The notes: a model not told the origin generated them from the letters alone. 63,499 nucleotides of DNA, filler included, from Reticulomyxa filosa (GCA_000512085.1; 17 parts of 17 records of this genome joined end to end with filler, not necessarily neighbours in it); one strand, 5' to 3'; numbered from the whole stretch's first letter, positions 27,557 through 41,029 are shown. Translations and numbers: made by a program.

Positions 27557-27763
27557 GAATTCCTCAATCCATCCTCTCTTAATTGACGAAGATCGAGTCC
27601 ATTTGTTTAGTATTTTCCTTATCATCTCAGCACTTGACTTTTTTTTTTTTGTACAAATAGAATTCTATGTTTGATTATAGAATTGCGTTTAAAACAGTAC
27701 CAAATATGTCAGCACTTTGATTTCATCTGCCCCTTCTGATTCTCCTACTACACAGCTTCCCAT
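27557..27763 (-). CDS. 5' end of a gene starting MGSC and carrying the 'KWTRSSSIKRGWIEEF' helix module
   Basis: MGSCVVGESEGADEIKVLTYL, an intron (GTACTG..AAAAAAAG), then SSAEMIRKILNKWTRSSSIKRGWIEEF, truncated by a spacer. The same module forms the kelch C-terminal exon at 48924-49038. Confidence 0.6.
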
Positions 27764-28300
27764 TGAAACTTATATATCTATCACTCTTTTAAAAAATAAA
27801 TCTTCCAGAACTTTTTTTGCTTAAAAAAATTTTTATCAAACCTAAAGTGAAAAGAGATGAATAAAAAAATATACATGTGTATATTAAGAAAATCTTCTAA
27901 TATCCAAGAAAAAAAAATGAAAGTTTTTTTTTTTTTGAAGAAATGATTAGAATGAAAATATACGACGCGAAAAACACACTAATGATTCTAAGACAATCGA
28001 TATTACAAATAATAATGTGTATGTATTTGTCTACAAGAATTGAAAAGGGGTCAAAATCCCAATGAAGCAGTATAAACCTTGATTTAAAGAAAGCTAGGTG
28101 TCACATTCTAAGCATTCTTCAGATGATTGTCAACGAAGACAGCCAATAAAATTGCATCCAATAACAATTTTATGTATATATGAAAAAGATGAATATTGCA
28201 ATTATTAATAGTTTTTTTTTTTTTTTGAATTACAGAAAAATGGTAAACAGTCTCATTAAAATGATTTTGTGTATGTGTGTTAGTATTTATTTAATGATAG

Positions 28301-28787
28301 TTAATAAGACATGTTTTGCAACTCATGTTCAGCAAAGGGTAGGCCTGTTTGACTCGTGTACGTGAGAACGATATTGATTGCTTTCTTCTTGGGACGCATG
28401 GTTTCTTCCAAATAAATGGCGAGCAGATTGACATTGTGATTGAAGCAGCGCTTGTGCAAGAACTCGGAAGCACGTTTGAGATACTCTTGTTCGTGATAGC
28501 CGTTGCCCCTCCACTCCATGAAGCGCATCAGCATATCGGAGACATATTGATCATCAGAAGCAAAACTAATCAGCAAGTAGATGACATTCCAATCGACACG
28601 GCCATTGCATAATGTGGAGATGTTGCGCACGCGATCGATGTACTCACTGTAGTGAGAGGACGTGAACAGCACGACTTTGGAGTGCGTGTTATCGACTTCG
28701 TACGACGTCGTCCAATGTTGGGTATGACAATATTTGGAATAGAGATTTTTATCAAAGAGGACATCTGCATGTTGCAAACCTATATAC

Positions 28788-28823
<36 letters not shown>

Positions 28824-29646
28824 TTGCAAATCCAAGATATGTCACAACTATGAATATATGGGTCTCTACGCATGGACGGATGAAACTTAAACATGACCCC
28901 TCCGCAATTACGGAAGTTGCGAGCGGCATGCATGTCGCTAGTGAGACGCACGCTGCCCACAAAGTAGCCTTGCACGCACGTGCTTATTGAATTGAATGCT
29001 GATATGGACGTGTTCAATCCCGTATACAAAAATGTCGACCACTCCTCCTTGCGCTCATGACTGCCGATGATGTAGATGGCGTCTCCCAATGCCTTGTTGA
29101 AGCAGGGCCAGCGCAAGTGATTAAGCTGCGTCTGATCCTGCGCGAATGCAAGCGTGCATGCGAACGACTGCTCGCAGTACAGCAAAATGGCACAGATGTG
29201 ATGCAGCTGCAATGGATAGCCCATTTGCTTGTGCGTTTCGAAATGGAATACTTGCTTCGCTCGCTTTAATAATGGAAATATATCTTCGTTCAATTGCAAT
29301 GGCTCCCACGACTTTTTGTTGAATCCTACTTTTTTTTTTATCGCTTCTTCATCTTTTTCTTGACTGGCTCCGTTTTCTTCTCTCATATTATTACTATTAC
29401 TATTACTGGCTCCATCTTTTTTTGTCAAGTCACGCAGAAAACCGTTGTCAATTATCTCGTGAAAAAATGCCTTGAGAAAACCCTGTATGTCGTCCACTTG
29501 TAGCATCTCCGTTTTCAATTGCATGCTGTGCAGCTGTATACTTACCTCTTTCATTTTGTCATAATCACGTCCCGATAACAATGGATTCAGTTGAAGCTTT
29601 TGACTTGCATTGGTTGTGTTTGCATTGAAATTGGAATATACATTTA

Positions 29647-29690
<44 letters not shown>

Positions 29691-30330
29691 GATTGTCTTT
29701 GGTTATCATAAAACGCATATTCTCTATACTTTTTAGTATGCTCATCTTCCTCATCATCATCATCGTCCTCCTCGTCGTCATCATTCTTGTCCTCCGCCTC
29801 TCCCTTGTTACCATTGGCATTGGCATTGGCATTAGCATTAGCATTAGCAATAGCATTGGTGTTGAATTTGAAGAAATTGTTGTAAAAGTTTGTATTTGCG
29901 TAAGGAAACACATTCCATTGATTTCCCTGACCATACTCATATGCACCATAGCCATTCGCTGACATTGACATTGACATTGACATTGGCCTGGTGCCTACAA
30001 AGGTGCGATGAAAGGGCACTTGCAGCAATGCGATAACATACCATGGAACGCACGCTGCAGGAAAGTCGTCGTAGGTATGGTACGCTTCCGCCAGAGGCAG
30101 GTCCTGGGGAATGGGGCTATCGGGGAAAAGCGAACGTAAGGGATCGTTCTCATAGGTCATCCATTTGAAAATGGCCCATTCCTCGAGTCCATAGCGATAG
30201 CGAAGTTGCATTTGGATTTTATTTTTTATTTTGTCTAGAGCCTGTCTGATCGTAGTTCGATATGGGTTCACTGACTCTATTCCATAATGTCCCATACTTA
30301 CCCAGCTGATCATAAAGCTGTTGGTATTCT
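28301..30330 (-). CDS. Protein with a degenerate ADP-ribosyltransferase (ARTC/R-S-E-type)-like domain and low-complexity inserts; 5' exons missing
   Basis: Open frame of 670 aa. HICAILLYC, FNKALGDAI, LYTGL, GYFVGSVRLTSDMHAARNF, GVMFKFHPSM, SCDISWI and ADVLF follow the ART motif order AxxLYT..LYRG..F.STS....A..F...DIS..S..E.EVLF. Confidence 0.6.
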
Positions 30331-30368
30331 ATGTTTTAAATAAAGAGAGAAAAAAAAAGATAATAATT

Positions 30369-30405
<37 letters not shown>

Positions 30406-30505
30406 NNNNNNNNNNNNNNNNNNNNNNNNNNNNNNNNNNNNNNNNNNNNTTAATTAATTAANNNNNNNNNNNNNNNNNNNNNNNNNNNNNNNNNNNNNNN
30501 NNNNN

Positions 30506-30965
30506 CAAACTTTTCTTATACCAATGTGACACTTATTAGATGAACGATCTCCCTTGGATCGAGTTTGAAAATTTGGAAGGCTTTGAAGCGTATGGAAATG
30601 TGCCGAAAGGGGTCATTCAAGAATTGATCAATCGGCAAATGAAAGAGAAAAACTCAGTCAAAATGAAATGCCGTCTAGTTTTGGAAAAGCTGAAAGAAAG
30701 AGACTGCTTTCGTGTTTTCTTGAAACCTGTCAGTACTGCACATGCACCGCATTATTATACTGTCATCTCGCGTCCAATGGATTTGTCCACGATGGAATTC
30801 AACATTGAATCCAATCAATATCTCACTTTTGAGGACTTTGAAAAAGACTTCTATTTAATGATTCGAAACTGTCTGAAATTTAACCAAGAAGGCTCTTATA
30901 TACACAAATACGCCAAAAATTTCAAAAAAGAGTATAGAAATATTGTCGCTGAGTTACAAAATTAA
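30506..30965 (+). CDS. Bromodomain-containing protein, C-terminal fragment
   Basis: VFLKPV..APHYYTVISRPMDLSTM..Y..F.KDF.LM.RNCLKFN includes the acetyl-lysine-binding Asn. Confidence 0.92.
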
Positions 30966-33584
30966 GCAAATACAACAGAAACACTCAAATGACTTGTATC
31001 CACAAATGCGAAAATAGCTTAGCTTTAAACAACTCCATCAACTTGCATTTAATAATCTGAAAATAAGAATGCTATTTCTTTTTTTTTTAGGCTTGCAAGT
31101 CATTTTTTGCAATTTACTTGAAGCATGATTCAAGTTGGTTCCTTTCAAAAACATTGCATCTTCAAATGTCCAGGGATATTAAAATTATCCCATTTTTAAG
31201 ACTTTCGCAATCGCTTGAATTTTCCGAAAATAGTGAAAGAACATTTCACATTTTGGCAATAAATCAAATGAATAGTATTTTTAAAAAGGAAACGTCGATT
31301 TTACTTGACCGTGTCTGCAAATTCGTAAACAGTACATTTTTTTGGGGTTTTTTTCAATTAAATTTTCTACAATAGTTTAATCTTGAATAAACATCACGTT
31401 TGTGTTGAGAAACCACTGTAAAAAATAATTAATGTCAATATTCAGAGACAATAAATCATTTTTTGTTATCTAATACTTCGTATTAACTTACATTTTCTTC
31501 AAAGTCATAACATCCTTTCAAATAAAAAAAATTAAAATGAAATAAATCCAAAATATATTTCAAAAAATTATCAAAAAACGATGGCAAATTTTACAAATAC
31601 GAAGTGCCAACTTTTTCCAAGAATTTAAAAATTCCATTGTTTAATTCATAATTTTTATACTAATTTTGTTGTTTGTATAAAGTATTCTTATTTAACGCAG
31701 GTACAAAACAAAGTGCCATTTTGTAATTTTATTTCAATTGATAAAAAAGCCTTATCATGATGAAAAGAAAACAATTACAAATTTTATTAAAGCAAAACAT
31801 CAAAAACAAATGAAAGCAACTATAAGTAGAAATGAATTATCTTTATTAGATATCATTTTACCTCACACCTTTTTTTCTTATTCTATTATCTTATCAGATT
31901 AAATCAATTCTAAAAACACTTCAATTTAGAACTTGATTGGAACATTAATTTAATCTTTTGAGCCAAACATTAAATTTTTCATACGATCGATAATGAAATT
32001 CTTTTTAACATAGAATCTGCGTATAAAATAATACAATCCAAATATTTGATAATTTAGTGTCATAATTGACTTGAGGAAAAACCATAAAACAGTGTTTCAT
32101 TCTTTTCTCTGTTAAAATTGGATTGTTTAAGGTGAATTCTAGAGTTGGCAACATCTAAAGAGAATTATTTATTGATTTGGCGTGATAACAGCAAGTTTCC
32201 CTATTTTAACAGTTTAAAATTTGAAATTTGAATCGAAATAGTGAAGATATCAAATGGAAAATTGAAACAATTTATATTAAAATAGTTTGTAAAAATTGCC
32301 AACTTTTTCCAGTACAAGTTTTTTTTTTAAGAGAACATGTCGACAAAAATTTATCTTGGAGTTTCGTTAATTCGAACGATTGTTTTTTTTACTTGAAGTT
32401 AGAACGGCGCCGAATTTGGTTGCCTCTACACGCACGCACTCTCAATGAACTGCTTCGCAAAACGACAGCCACGTTTTACATAATTTTTCGCAGGTGGAGC
32501 AGCATGTAGCCAAATAAGCGATCTTTTCATCGTCTATCTAACATCTACAATGCCAAAGTAATGTAATATCATTTCTTGAGCTCTTTCTGCGCATGTCAAA
32601 GTACTTTTCATTTTCATTCTTGGACAAAGTATTGACTTTTTTAAATATTGGTTGGCAGTATCCATACTAAGACGCGTGGCCTTTTTTTTTTTGCAGGTAA
32701 TCGACCATGTAATATCAATTGCATGCTTTACAAACAAAGGATCATAACCAGTCCTTCTTTGATTCTAATAAACCGATACGCAACTCTAGTTCTTGGTGTC
32801 ATCGTCATATTTACATATATTTGCACTGTTGGAAAAGTGCAAATCGTTTCTGCTTGTGTCAGTAATTTTGTGTTGAAGAACAATAGATGTAATGCTATTT
32901 GTTTTATAATTATCAAATGTGAGATGTCTCTTTATGTTAGTAGAGATAGATAGAAAGAGAAATAAAGTATATTGATGTATATATTACTTAACATCAAATA
33001 TCAACACTTTGACCATTTGTAAAATTAGAGATAACAAAGATCCAATGAAAATCGACATTGATAAAATGCAAAGCCTTGTTTAATATTTTTAAAATTAATG
33101 TGGAGATATGTTGTATATATCCGGTATTTCTTTTTTCGCTTGATGCATATTGAGATGCTGGACATGTACAATACTTTCTTGTGATCACTTTGAGTATATC
33201 GAAGTATATCAAATCTCCAAACTGCGTGTCTCACCAAAAGTATTGCTTTGTCCATTACATTTCGTTACGACACATAGATTGCCAAATATCTATGTTCCAC
33301 TAACAGTTTCATCTCTAGTATGCTGGAATTCTGTTCCCTTTTTAATCTTCGCAAAGTGTCCAATATTCAAATTATGTCTTCAATGTCCATGTTTCCAACG
33401 AGTGATTTTTTCGTCTTTTCGTTTGTTAATACATTCAATCATCCAATGACAATGCATCAACATTTTATACGTATTTTCATTTGTNNNNNNNNNNNNNNNN
33501 NNNNNNNNNNNNNNNNNNNNNNNNNNNNTTAATTAATTAANNNNNNNNNNNNNNNNNNNNNNNNNNNNNNNNNNNNNNNNNNNN

Positions 33585-34172
33585 TTCTTATTCTGGGGCA
33601 ATGTCAATAAGAGATTGCACAAGAGTCCGCTGTTGGGCACTTTGGTGGATTTGAGTTCGGATGGAGACAGACCTCCTCTGTGCATATAAATGATTTTGCC
33701 ATTGATGATTGCCTCCGCCACTGACAAGTAATTGAAGCATATAGTTTCTAATAACTGTTTGTTGCGATCTACATAATCTCCTTTTTTTTGTACGTATACA
33801 TTCAAGTTATTATAAAAAAGATTTTTTTAGGAGAAGAAAAAGTTGATATTTTTTTTTTTTTGAACCTAAGAAAATATAGCTCGTGGACAGAGGAACATCG
33901 CCCAACTCGAACAAACGCAAAAGTTGGAAACACTGTCCGTATATATCTCCAATAATTTTAATCAAGGTGGTGATGTCCAGTAGCATTGAATACTCCAACA
34001 AAATCTCTTTTGCTTTCACACACAGCTTTTCAATGTTACTCTCTCGCAGGTTCATCTCTTTCCTAGTCTTGTTATTTCTCGCTTCCATCAGGCATCTTAT
34101 CATGTCTACAAATCAGCTTTGTGCAGCATCCATAAAAGCAAGTCTATCAAAATCCACTTCTGCTATTTGCAT
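33585..34172 (-). pseudogene. Ser/Thr protein phosphatase PP1-like catalytic subunit pseudogene
   Basis: LCVKAKEILL..MLLDI..IKIIGDIYGQ..LLRLFE..YIFLG|DYVDRNKQLLETIC..HRGGLSP..VP.SGLLCNLL. GDIHG has become GDIYG, the RGNHE segment is deleted, there is an in-frame TGA upstream, and an intron is retained at about 33781-33866. Confidence 0.88.
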
Positions 34173-36042
34173 TTCATCAGAGAGATTTCTAGGTAGATAT
34201 TTGAACTTTCAGGAGTTAAGTTTATTTTCATTACAAAATTTATTAACTTCAATATTATTTTCTTTCAAAATTAATATATTTATTATATTTTACAATTTTA
34301 TAATCATATATTTTTCTACATCATTTTCTGTTATGCATAAAATATTTTCTTTTTACAAAAAAAAATCTTGGTTTTCTTAGTATCCATTGCTAGGCCCTAT
34401 TTTGATATATTCATGCTGTCGTGTCTATGGAAAGCATTATTGGCTTTACTTTTTAAAAAATTGGTTGTACATACTAATGTAGGAGAAGCTCCTATAAAGT
34501 AAAAAGGGCTGATGAGCCCCCCCCCCCGGTGGGTTAAACTTTCCCAACTCTTCACACAACCTTTCTTGTGCTTTCCTTTTACTCTTTCGTTATCGTTTTG
34601 CCATTTCTTTTTTATTTATTTAAATTACTTTGAGTTATTGAAAATCTGTTCGAAAGAGTTTATCACCTTTCGTATTACATTTAGCGCAGTCTCTTCCACA
34701 GCAACAGCTCTTACACTAAGTCTCAACAAATACAAAAACGCACATTTAAATGGAACAAAAAGTTGTAAAAATATTTATAATTCTTAGTAATGATGTCACA
34801 AAAGAAGTAATTTATTTAGATTTTGAAAAAATTCTCTTTTCCACTTTATTTATCATTAGAAAAAAAAACTTGCTTACCAATGGGAAAAGCATATTATTAT
34901 ACAGTTATATCTATGATTAACATATTTATAATAAAAAAATATAAATATAAATATAAATATATAATTGCAATGAATAACATTGTAATAGGGCTAATTCAAA
35001 AGAAAATATACCAAAACAATTAATAAAATTAAAGAAACATTTAAATATATAACAACAACATCAATTAAATTATTTTAGCATTATTTCATTGATTTATATG
35101 GATATATATTAAGACATTGCAAAGATGTTTTATCAAATAAAGCAATGTGTCGTATGTTTTCTCAACTCCATCCAAATATACACAAAAAATACTTATTATG
35201 TCGTATGTCAATGTCACTCTTTTATTTATTTTTACGTCTTATATCAAAAAAAAAAATAAATAAATAAACAATAGGAAATATCACATTTGATGAATGACAG
35301 TTATTATGAAGAAGAAGGAGTGCCTCTACTGAGTGTCTGATTTCAATAAAATTTGGAATCAAAAACTGTATTGTTGTTTGTCGTGTTGTATTGTTCTTTT
35401 ATCTTCTATTATCCATCATTTCAAATCACAAATCGTTATACAGTGAACGATAGAGTTTTATTGTATGCGATTGAAAAAAATCAAGAATTGAAGTGAGAAA
35501 TTATGTGATTTTTTTTCCACCAAGTGGAAGGCAAAACAATACAACAACGAATTTACAATAATAATATGGTAATTGAATTGGATAAACATATTAGATGTAT
35601 TATTGTAACAAAAGTGAAAAAGCATTAAAACTTAGAATAAAATATAATTGGGCAAAGCACTTATTTTTCATTTAATGAGAAAGAAAGTACCTCTTTTTTT
35701 AAATAATCACAAAACAAAAAAAAAGTAGCATGAAAAAAATAGAATTAAAATTAAAGTTAAAATTAAATCTGTAATCGATTGAAAGGTTTTGGATCAATTT
35801 TTTTTATATTTTGAGAGGATAGATCAACACCATATATTACAATTCCTTTATTTTTCCAGCCTTGGTTTCCTCCTTTGCATATGACAGTACCAAGATTATG
35901 TCGAAAAGTGGTTTGATGGAATAGACATTGGTATTCGAATTCNNNNNNNNNNNNNNNNNNNNNNNNNNNNNNNNNNNNNNNNNNNNTTAATTAATTAANN
36001 NNNNNNNNNNNNNNNNNNNNNNNNNNNNNNNNNNNNNNNNNN

Positions 36043-37855
36043 CCACTGCCCACCTCAAGTATGGCTCCATTACCAGCCCCACTGCCTACTTCTAATGTGG
36101 CTCCACTACCCACGTCCAATGCAGCCCCATTACCGGCTCCGTTACCCACCTCCAACGTAGCCCCATTGCCGACTTCGCTGACTGCGCCATTGCCGCGTAT
36201 GGCCCCAGCACCGTTGCCCATTTCAAATGTTGCGCCGCTGCCCACGTTCAATGTGGCTCCATTGCCAGCCTCTGGCGTGGCTCCATTGCCATCATCGACG
36301 CTTGCTCCATTGCCCAGTCTGAGCACTGCGCCGTTGCCAAGGCCGTTATCCAATGTTGCCCCAGTGCCATCCACCACGGTCGCTCCCTTGCCCAGCAATG
36401 CCCGCGGAGGCATAGCGCCTGCTCCAATTCCAGCCCCTTTGCCCATGAGCGCCCCACTGCCTATGAGTGCCCCTCTGCCTATGAGTGCCCCTTTACCCAT
36501 GAGTGCCCCTTTACCCATGAGTGCCCCTCTGCCCATGAGTGCCCCTCTGCCTATGAGTGCGCCTCTGCCTATGAGTGCGCCTCTGCCTATGGGTGCTCCT
36601 CTACCCATGGGCGCTCCTATTCCAGCTCCTCTGCCCATGGGTGCGCCTCTGCCTATGGGTGCCCCTCTGCCTATGGGTGCTCCTCTACCTATGGGTGCTC
36701 CTCTACCCATGGGCGCTCCTCTGCCCACAGGTGCTCCTGTACCCACAGGTGCTCCTGTACCCACAGGTGCTCCTATTCCAGCCTTATTAATTCCAATTCG
36801 CTTTCCCGCAGGTGCTCCTCTGCCCGGCTTGCCTTCTCTGAATGCCACTGCATTGCCATTACTGCCGGGTATGAACACTAACATGCCGGCGCTGAGCAAA
36901 GGGGACGACAAGAAGAAGAGCCGATGGAAGCCAAAGAAGGACATGAAGAAGTTCCATTGGACAGTGATAAAAGACAAGGACCTGGCGCACAGGACACGGT
37001 GTGGAAGAAGATCGACGACCGCGGGTTCGACTTGGACACGCAGTTGTTGGAGGAGATGTTCCACAAGCCCGGGAAGGAGAGTGTAAAGAAGGCAAAGACA
37101 AAAAAGGCGCAGTCATCAGAGATTGGATTCATAACAGACAGTCAACGCCTGCGGACGATGAGCATCGCGTTGAAGGGTGTGAAGGAAAATTATAACAATC
37201 GCGCGAGTGGATATTGACAATGGACGAAAGCAAGATCCCCATCGGCATGATGAAGACGCTGCTGCAGTTGGTGCCAAAAGAGGACGAGGAGAAGCAAGTG
37301 CAGCAGGCCATCAAGGAATACGAGTTGGATAAAAAACCCCAAAATATCAACTTGTTGCGAAGTGCCGAGCGCTTCTGGTTTGAGATGTCGGCTATTCCCA
37401 AAATCTTTGATCGACTAACGTTGTGGGAGTTCAAGATGGAGTTTTATGAATTGTTCGAAATGAACGACAAGCGAGTCAAGTTATTGATTGAGGGATATCG
37501 ACAAATCAAAAACAGTTCGTGTTTCACAAAAATATTAACAGCCATTTTGGCCGTGGGCAACTACATGAATGCAGGCACCAAGGCCGAGGCCAACGCCGTC
37601 AAACTCGACGTGTTGTCCAAAATGTTGCCCATGAAGGGTAATGATGGGTCCTGGGACTTGCTCATGTATATTTACTTTATCATTTCCAACAAGTACCCCG
37701 CCTGCGTCGACCTGCACAGCGACTGGAGAGTCATCCCCGAGTTCACAAAGGCGTGTGAAGATAACAAATTGGACGAGTTGAAGCAAGATATTGCCGAAAT
37801 TGGTAATAAGGTGAAGGAGATGACAACTAAATTGCAAGAAATTCGTAAAGCATCA

Positions 37856-37902
<47 letters not shown>

Positions 37903-40424
37903 TGACAACAAAGCAAACTCTAATCCAAATCGTTTCTTCGAAGTTATGGATACGTTTCTATCCGAAGCCAAAGTGACGGCGGACACATTACAAAACGACT
38001 TGAACGGTGCATTGGACAGTCTGGTGAACTTGGCCGTCGCCTTTGGGGAAAAGCGAGACACTCGATTGTACGACTTCCTAAAGTACTTCAAAGACTTTTT
38101 GGATGCGTGGGGCAAGACGAAGGAGAACCTCCGCAAGCTCCAGGCGGACAAGCAGAAGCAGGAGAAACTGGAGGCGCAGAAACAGAGTCTGAAACAGAAG
38201 CTGGAGAGACGACAGAGCCATGCCGTGCTGGTGGATAAGGGCGTGATCAAATCGGAGAACACGGCCAAGCGTGAAAGAGAGAAGAAGAAACTGGTAGAAA
38301 AGGTGCTGACACAAGAGCTGAAGGAGAAGAAGAAACGCTTAGTACTTCTTGCTGCCGAAGGCAAGGAAAAGAAACTCAAACTCCTCAATCGTCATCGCAG
38401 TATTTATATTGAAGACATTACCTATCGCTGTCTGCATTGCGACGAGGTCCATCACGACGCCATGCAACGCAGCGGTCAATATTTACACAAGTGCTGGGTC
38501 ACCGTCGAAGCCAAGCTCAATCAATCATCCAACGAAATCAAAGGCAAACAGCTGCGCTGGTTTTCCATCATCGAACAAATGTCCGATTGTCCGTGGCCGC
38601 ACAACGGACCTTGCATTCAAGAAGTCAAGTCTCCACGCAATCTCATGTATCATCATCCCAATCACTTTTTACATAATCACAATAACCATTTCGATATTAC
38701 TTCTTCTTTATTCTCCAATTCCAACTCAGCTAATTCGAATTCGAATTCGAATTCGAATTCTAATTCTAATTCGGATTCTAATTCAAATGTAAACTCAAAC
38801 TCGTCTGCTTTCCAAACCAAACCAACCTCGGGGCATCCCTCCAAACGTGCCAAACTTCGGCGCATTAACACTGTCTTCAACATGTCCATTCCCGACCTGG
38901 ACATCCCCATTCAGGCCCCTCCTCCTCCGCCACCACCATCTACTCCCGAACGTCTGCATGCCACGAAAAACGCCGATCGCTCTCATTCGCCCGTCTCTCG
39001 CTTGATAGAGGAAAAGGAGCAAGACCACGGCAATAGCTCCGTCCGTCGCGCCAAGCCGGAACAGCACGGCGACTCCCCAGGACCCGATAACCCTTATCAC
39101 AAACACTTGAATAGACTCAAAAAGAAAAAAAAGAAACAACAAAAATCGAAAGCTTCTGCAAAAAAGTTTTGCATTTTGTTACTTTGAAGAAAAAAAAAAA
39201 AAAAAAAAAAAACAGAAGGAAAGGGAAACAAAACAAAAAAAAAAAAAAAAGTTCAATGAAATACAAAAATGTCAATATATACATTTTTTTTTTTTTTTCA
39301 TATATTTCAGCAACAGCAATAGTAATAGCAACAGTAATAGCAACAGTAACAGCAATAGCAACAGTAACAGCAATAGCAACAGCAACAGCAATAGCAACAG
39401 CAATAGCAATAGCAAAAGCAAGACCAATATCAAGAACACCCTTCGAAAGGTATCTTTCAACCCAATCCTCGAAATTGAAACACACAAACGCAAGTTGACA
39501 ATCGAATACAATGTGCATGCGGAGACATTTGAGATGACACCGCAGCAAAAGGAAATGCTAGAGGATGCCGACTTCTTAAAAGACTTGCGAAACAAAATTG
39601 CAAGGTACGGACAATTCAATGTGGACTTTAAGAAGAATAGCATGGCTTTGGTGCTGTGTGCGCAAAAAGATCGTGTCGAAGCGATCAACCGCTTGGAAAG
39701 CTACATTGGAAAAGTAATATCAAGTTTGCAGTCTTCCGACCCTGAAAAGCTTGCAACCTTCTTGTTGCACAAGCAGCAATTGGAAATGTTGCAAAAGCAA
39801 GAGCATATGGCGTCGCTAGTGCAAGAGCTGGACCACTTTGGCACCATCAACGTCCATAAAAGTGAACTAATCTTGCAATGTCCGAATGCATTGAAGATGA
39901 ACCATGCCATTAAAGTGTTGGAGAAGCGATTGGGTGTGCTGTGGAGACGAAGCGAAATTGAAAATTTGATGGATGATTTTCACATGCATTGTCAAGACTC
40001 CAAAAACGAAAATGACGATGACAGCAATTATTACACACGAGACAAGGCCATCAAATTTTTAGACAAAATGACCAATCAAATTCAAAAAGGCGCTCGTTTC
40101 ACAAAATACCAAAAACATGGCAAATCTTGCCATCGATGGATATTAGTGCATTTACGGCGTTTGTACTGGAAAGAATCGGTCACTGATGAAAATCAAAAAA
40201 CTCGCTCCTTCAATTTGTCCAGAGTTCGTTCTGTTGCTCGCGGAAAAATGACAAAAGCATTTCAGCATGCCAAAGACGCACCTGAACAAACTTGTTTCAG
40301 TGTTTTTTGTGATGATGTCACTTTGGATTTGCAGGCCGAAAGCAGCGAAGTGGCTTCGGAATGGGTTGTGTATTTGTCTGCTTATTCTCAACACTACTCT
40401 CAATCAAAAAATAGTACACCTTGA
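36043..40424 (+). CDS. Formin (FH1-like + FH2) with a long C-terminal extension ending in a PH domain; 5' truncated, two frameshifts
   Basis: Pro-rich repeats, then FH2 motifs MKKFHWTVI, TVW, LEEMF, RLRTMSIAL, ILAVGNYMN and AVKLDVLSK. Frameshifts lie at about 36988 and 37200. The intron 39166-39310 joins in frame to ORF 39495-40424, which ends in a PLC-type PH domain (KGARFTKY..LYW..CFSVF..TLDLQAES..ASEWV). Confidence 0.85.
36424..36782 (+). repeat. 18-nt coding minisatellite (APLPMS/APLPMG), about 20 copies
   Basis: Tandem gcccctctgcctatgagt-like units, preceded by 24-nt APLPTSNV-like units at 36043-36400. Confidence 0.95.
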
Positions 40425-41029
40425 TTGTTTGCGTGTTAAGTTTTGAAGCCTTTTTTTTCATTATTTCCTTTTATTTTACTGTTTTCTTTTTTTCTCCTCT
40501 CTTTTTGTTTATTTTTTTTCTCTTGAGCTTAGTGACGGTGAAATGTTTTGTGTTGATCATTCCTGGGACAATTTATTCTGTATTGGTTTTGTTTTCCTTT
40601 TTTTGTTGGTGTTTTTTTGCAGTTCACTGAAAAAAAAATCATTTGTATGGTGGTATTGTACGGATCAGTGAAACTGGCGTTGCACTTAATTTTATATTGA
40701 GATTGAGAAGAGAGCAAATTAAAAATTAATACAATTATTATAATAATATATGTACAAACGCCTGAATTCTAAGATTGTTTCCTGATGTGTTTTTTTTTTA
40801 ATGATAAAGAAATTTTTTGCTGCGTGCAGTTACTTCAGAAACGACTTTTGAGCTCAACGAGGTTAGCTTGATTTAAACTTTTGTGAAACCATTTTTTAAA
40901 AAATCAACAAAGCAATTTATCACTTGGAAAAAACCAAGCTGAACGGCTCTACTCCATTCTCCTTAATTTGGTTAAAAAAAAAACCAACAATAATTGAGCG
41001 ATCTACGCAAATTGAGACTGTTGCTTCTT

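Noticed and set aside
35991-37064. 357-aa Gly-rich ORF on the minus strand
   Set aside because: It is the antisense shadow of the formin Pro-rich minisatellite.
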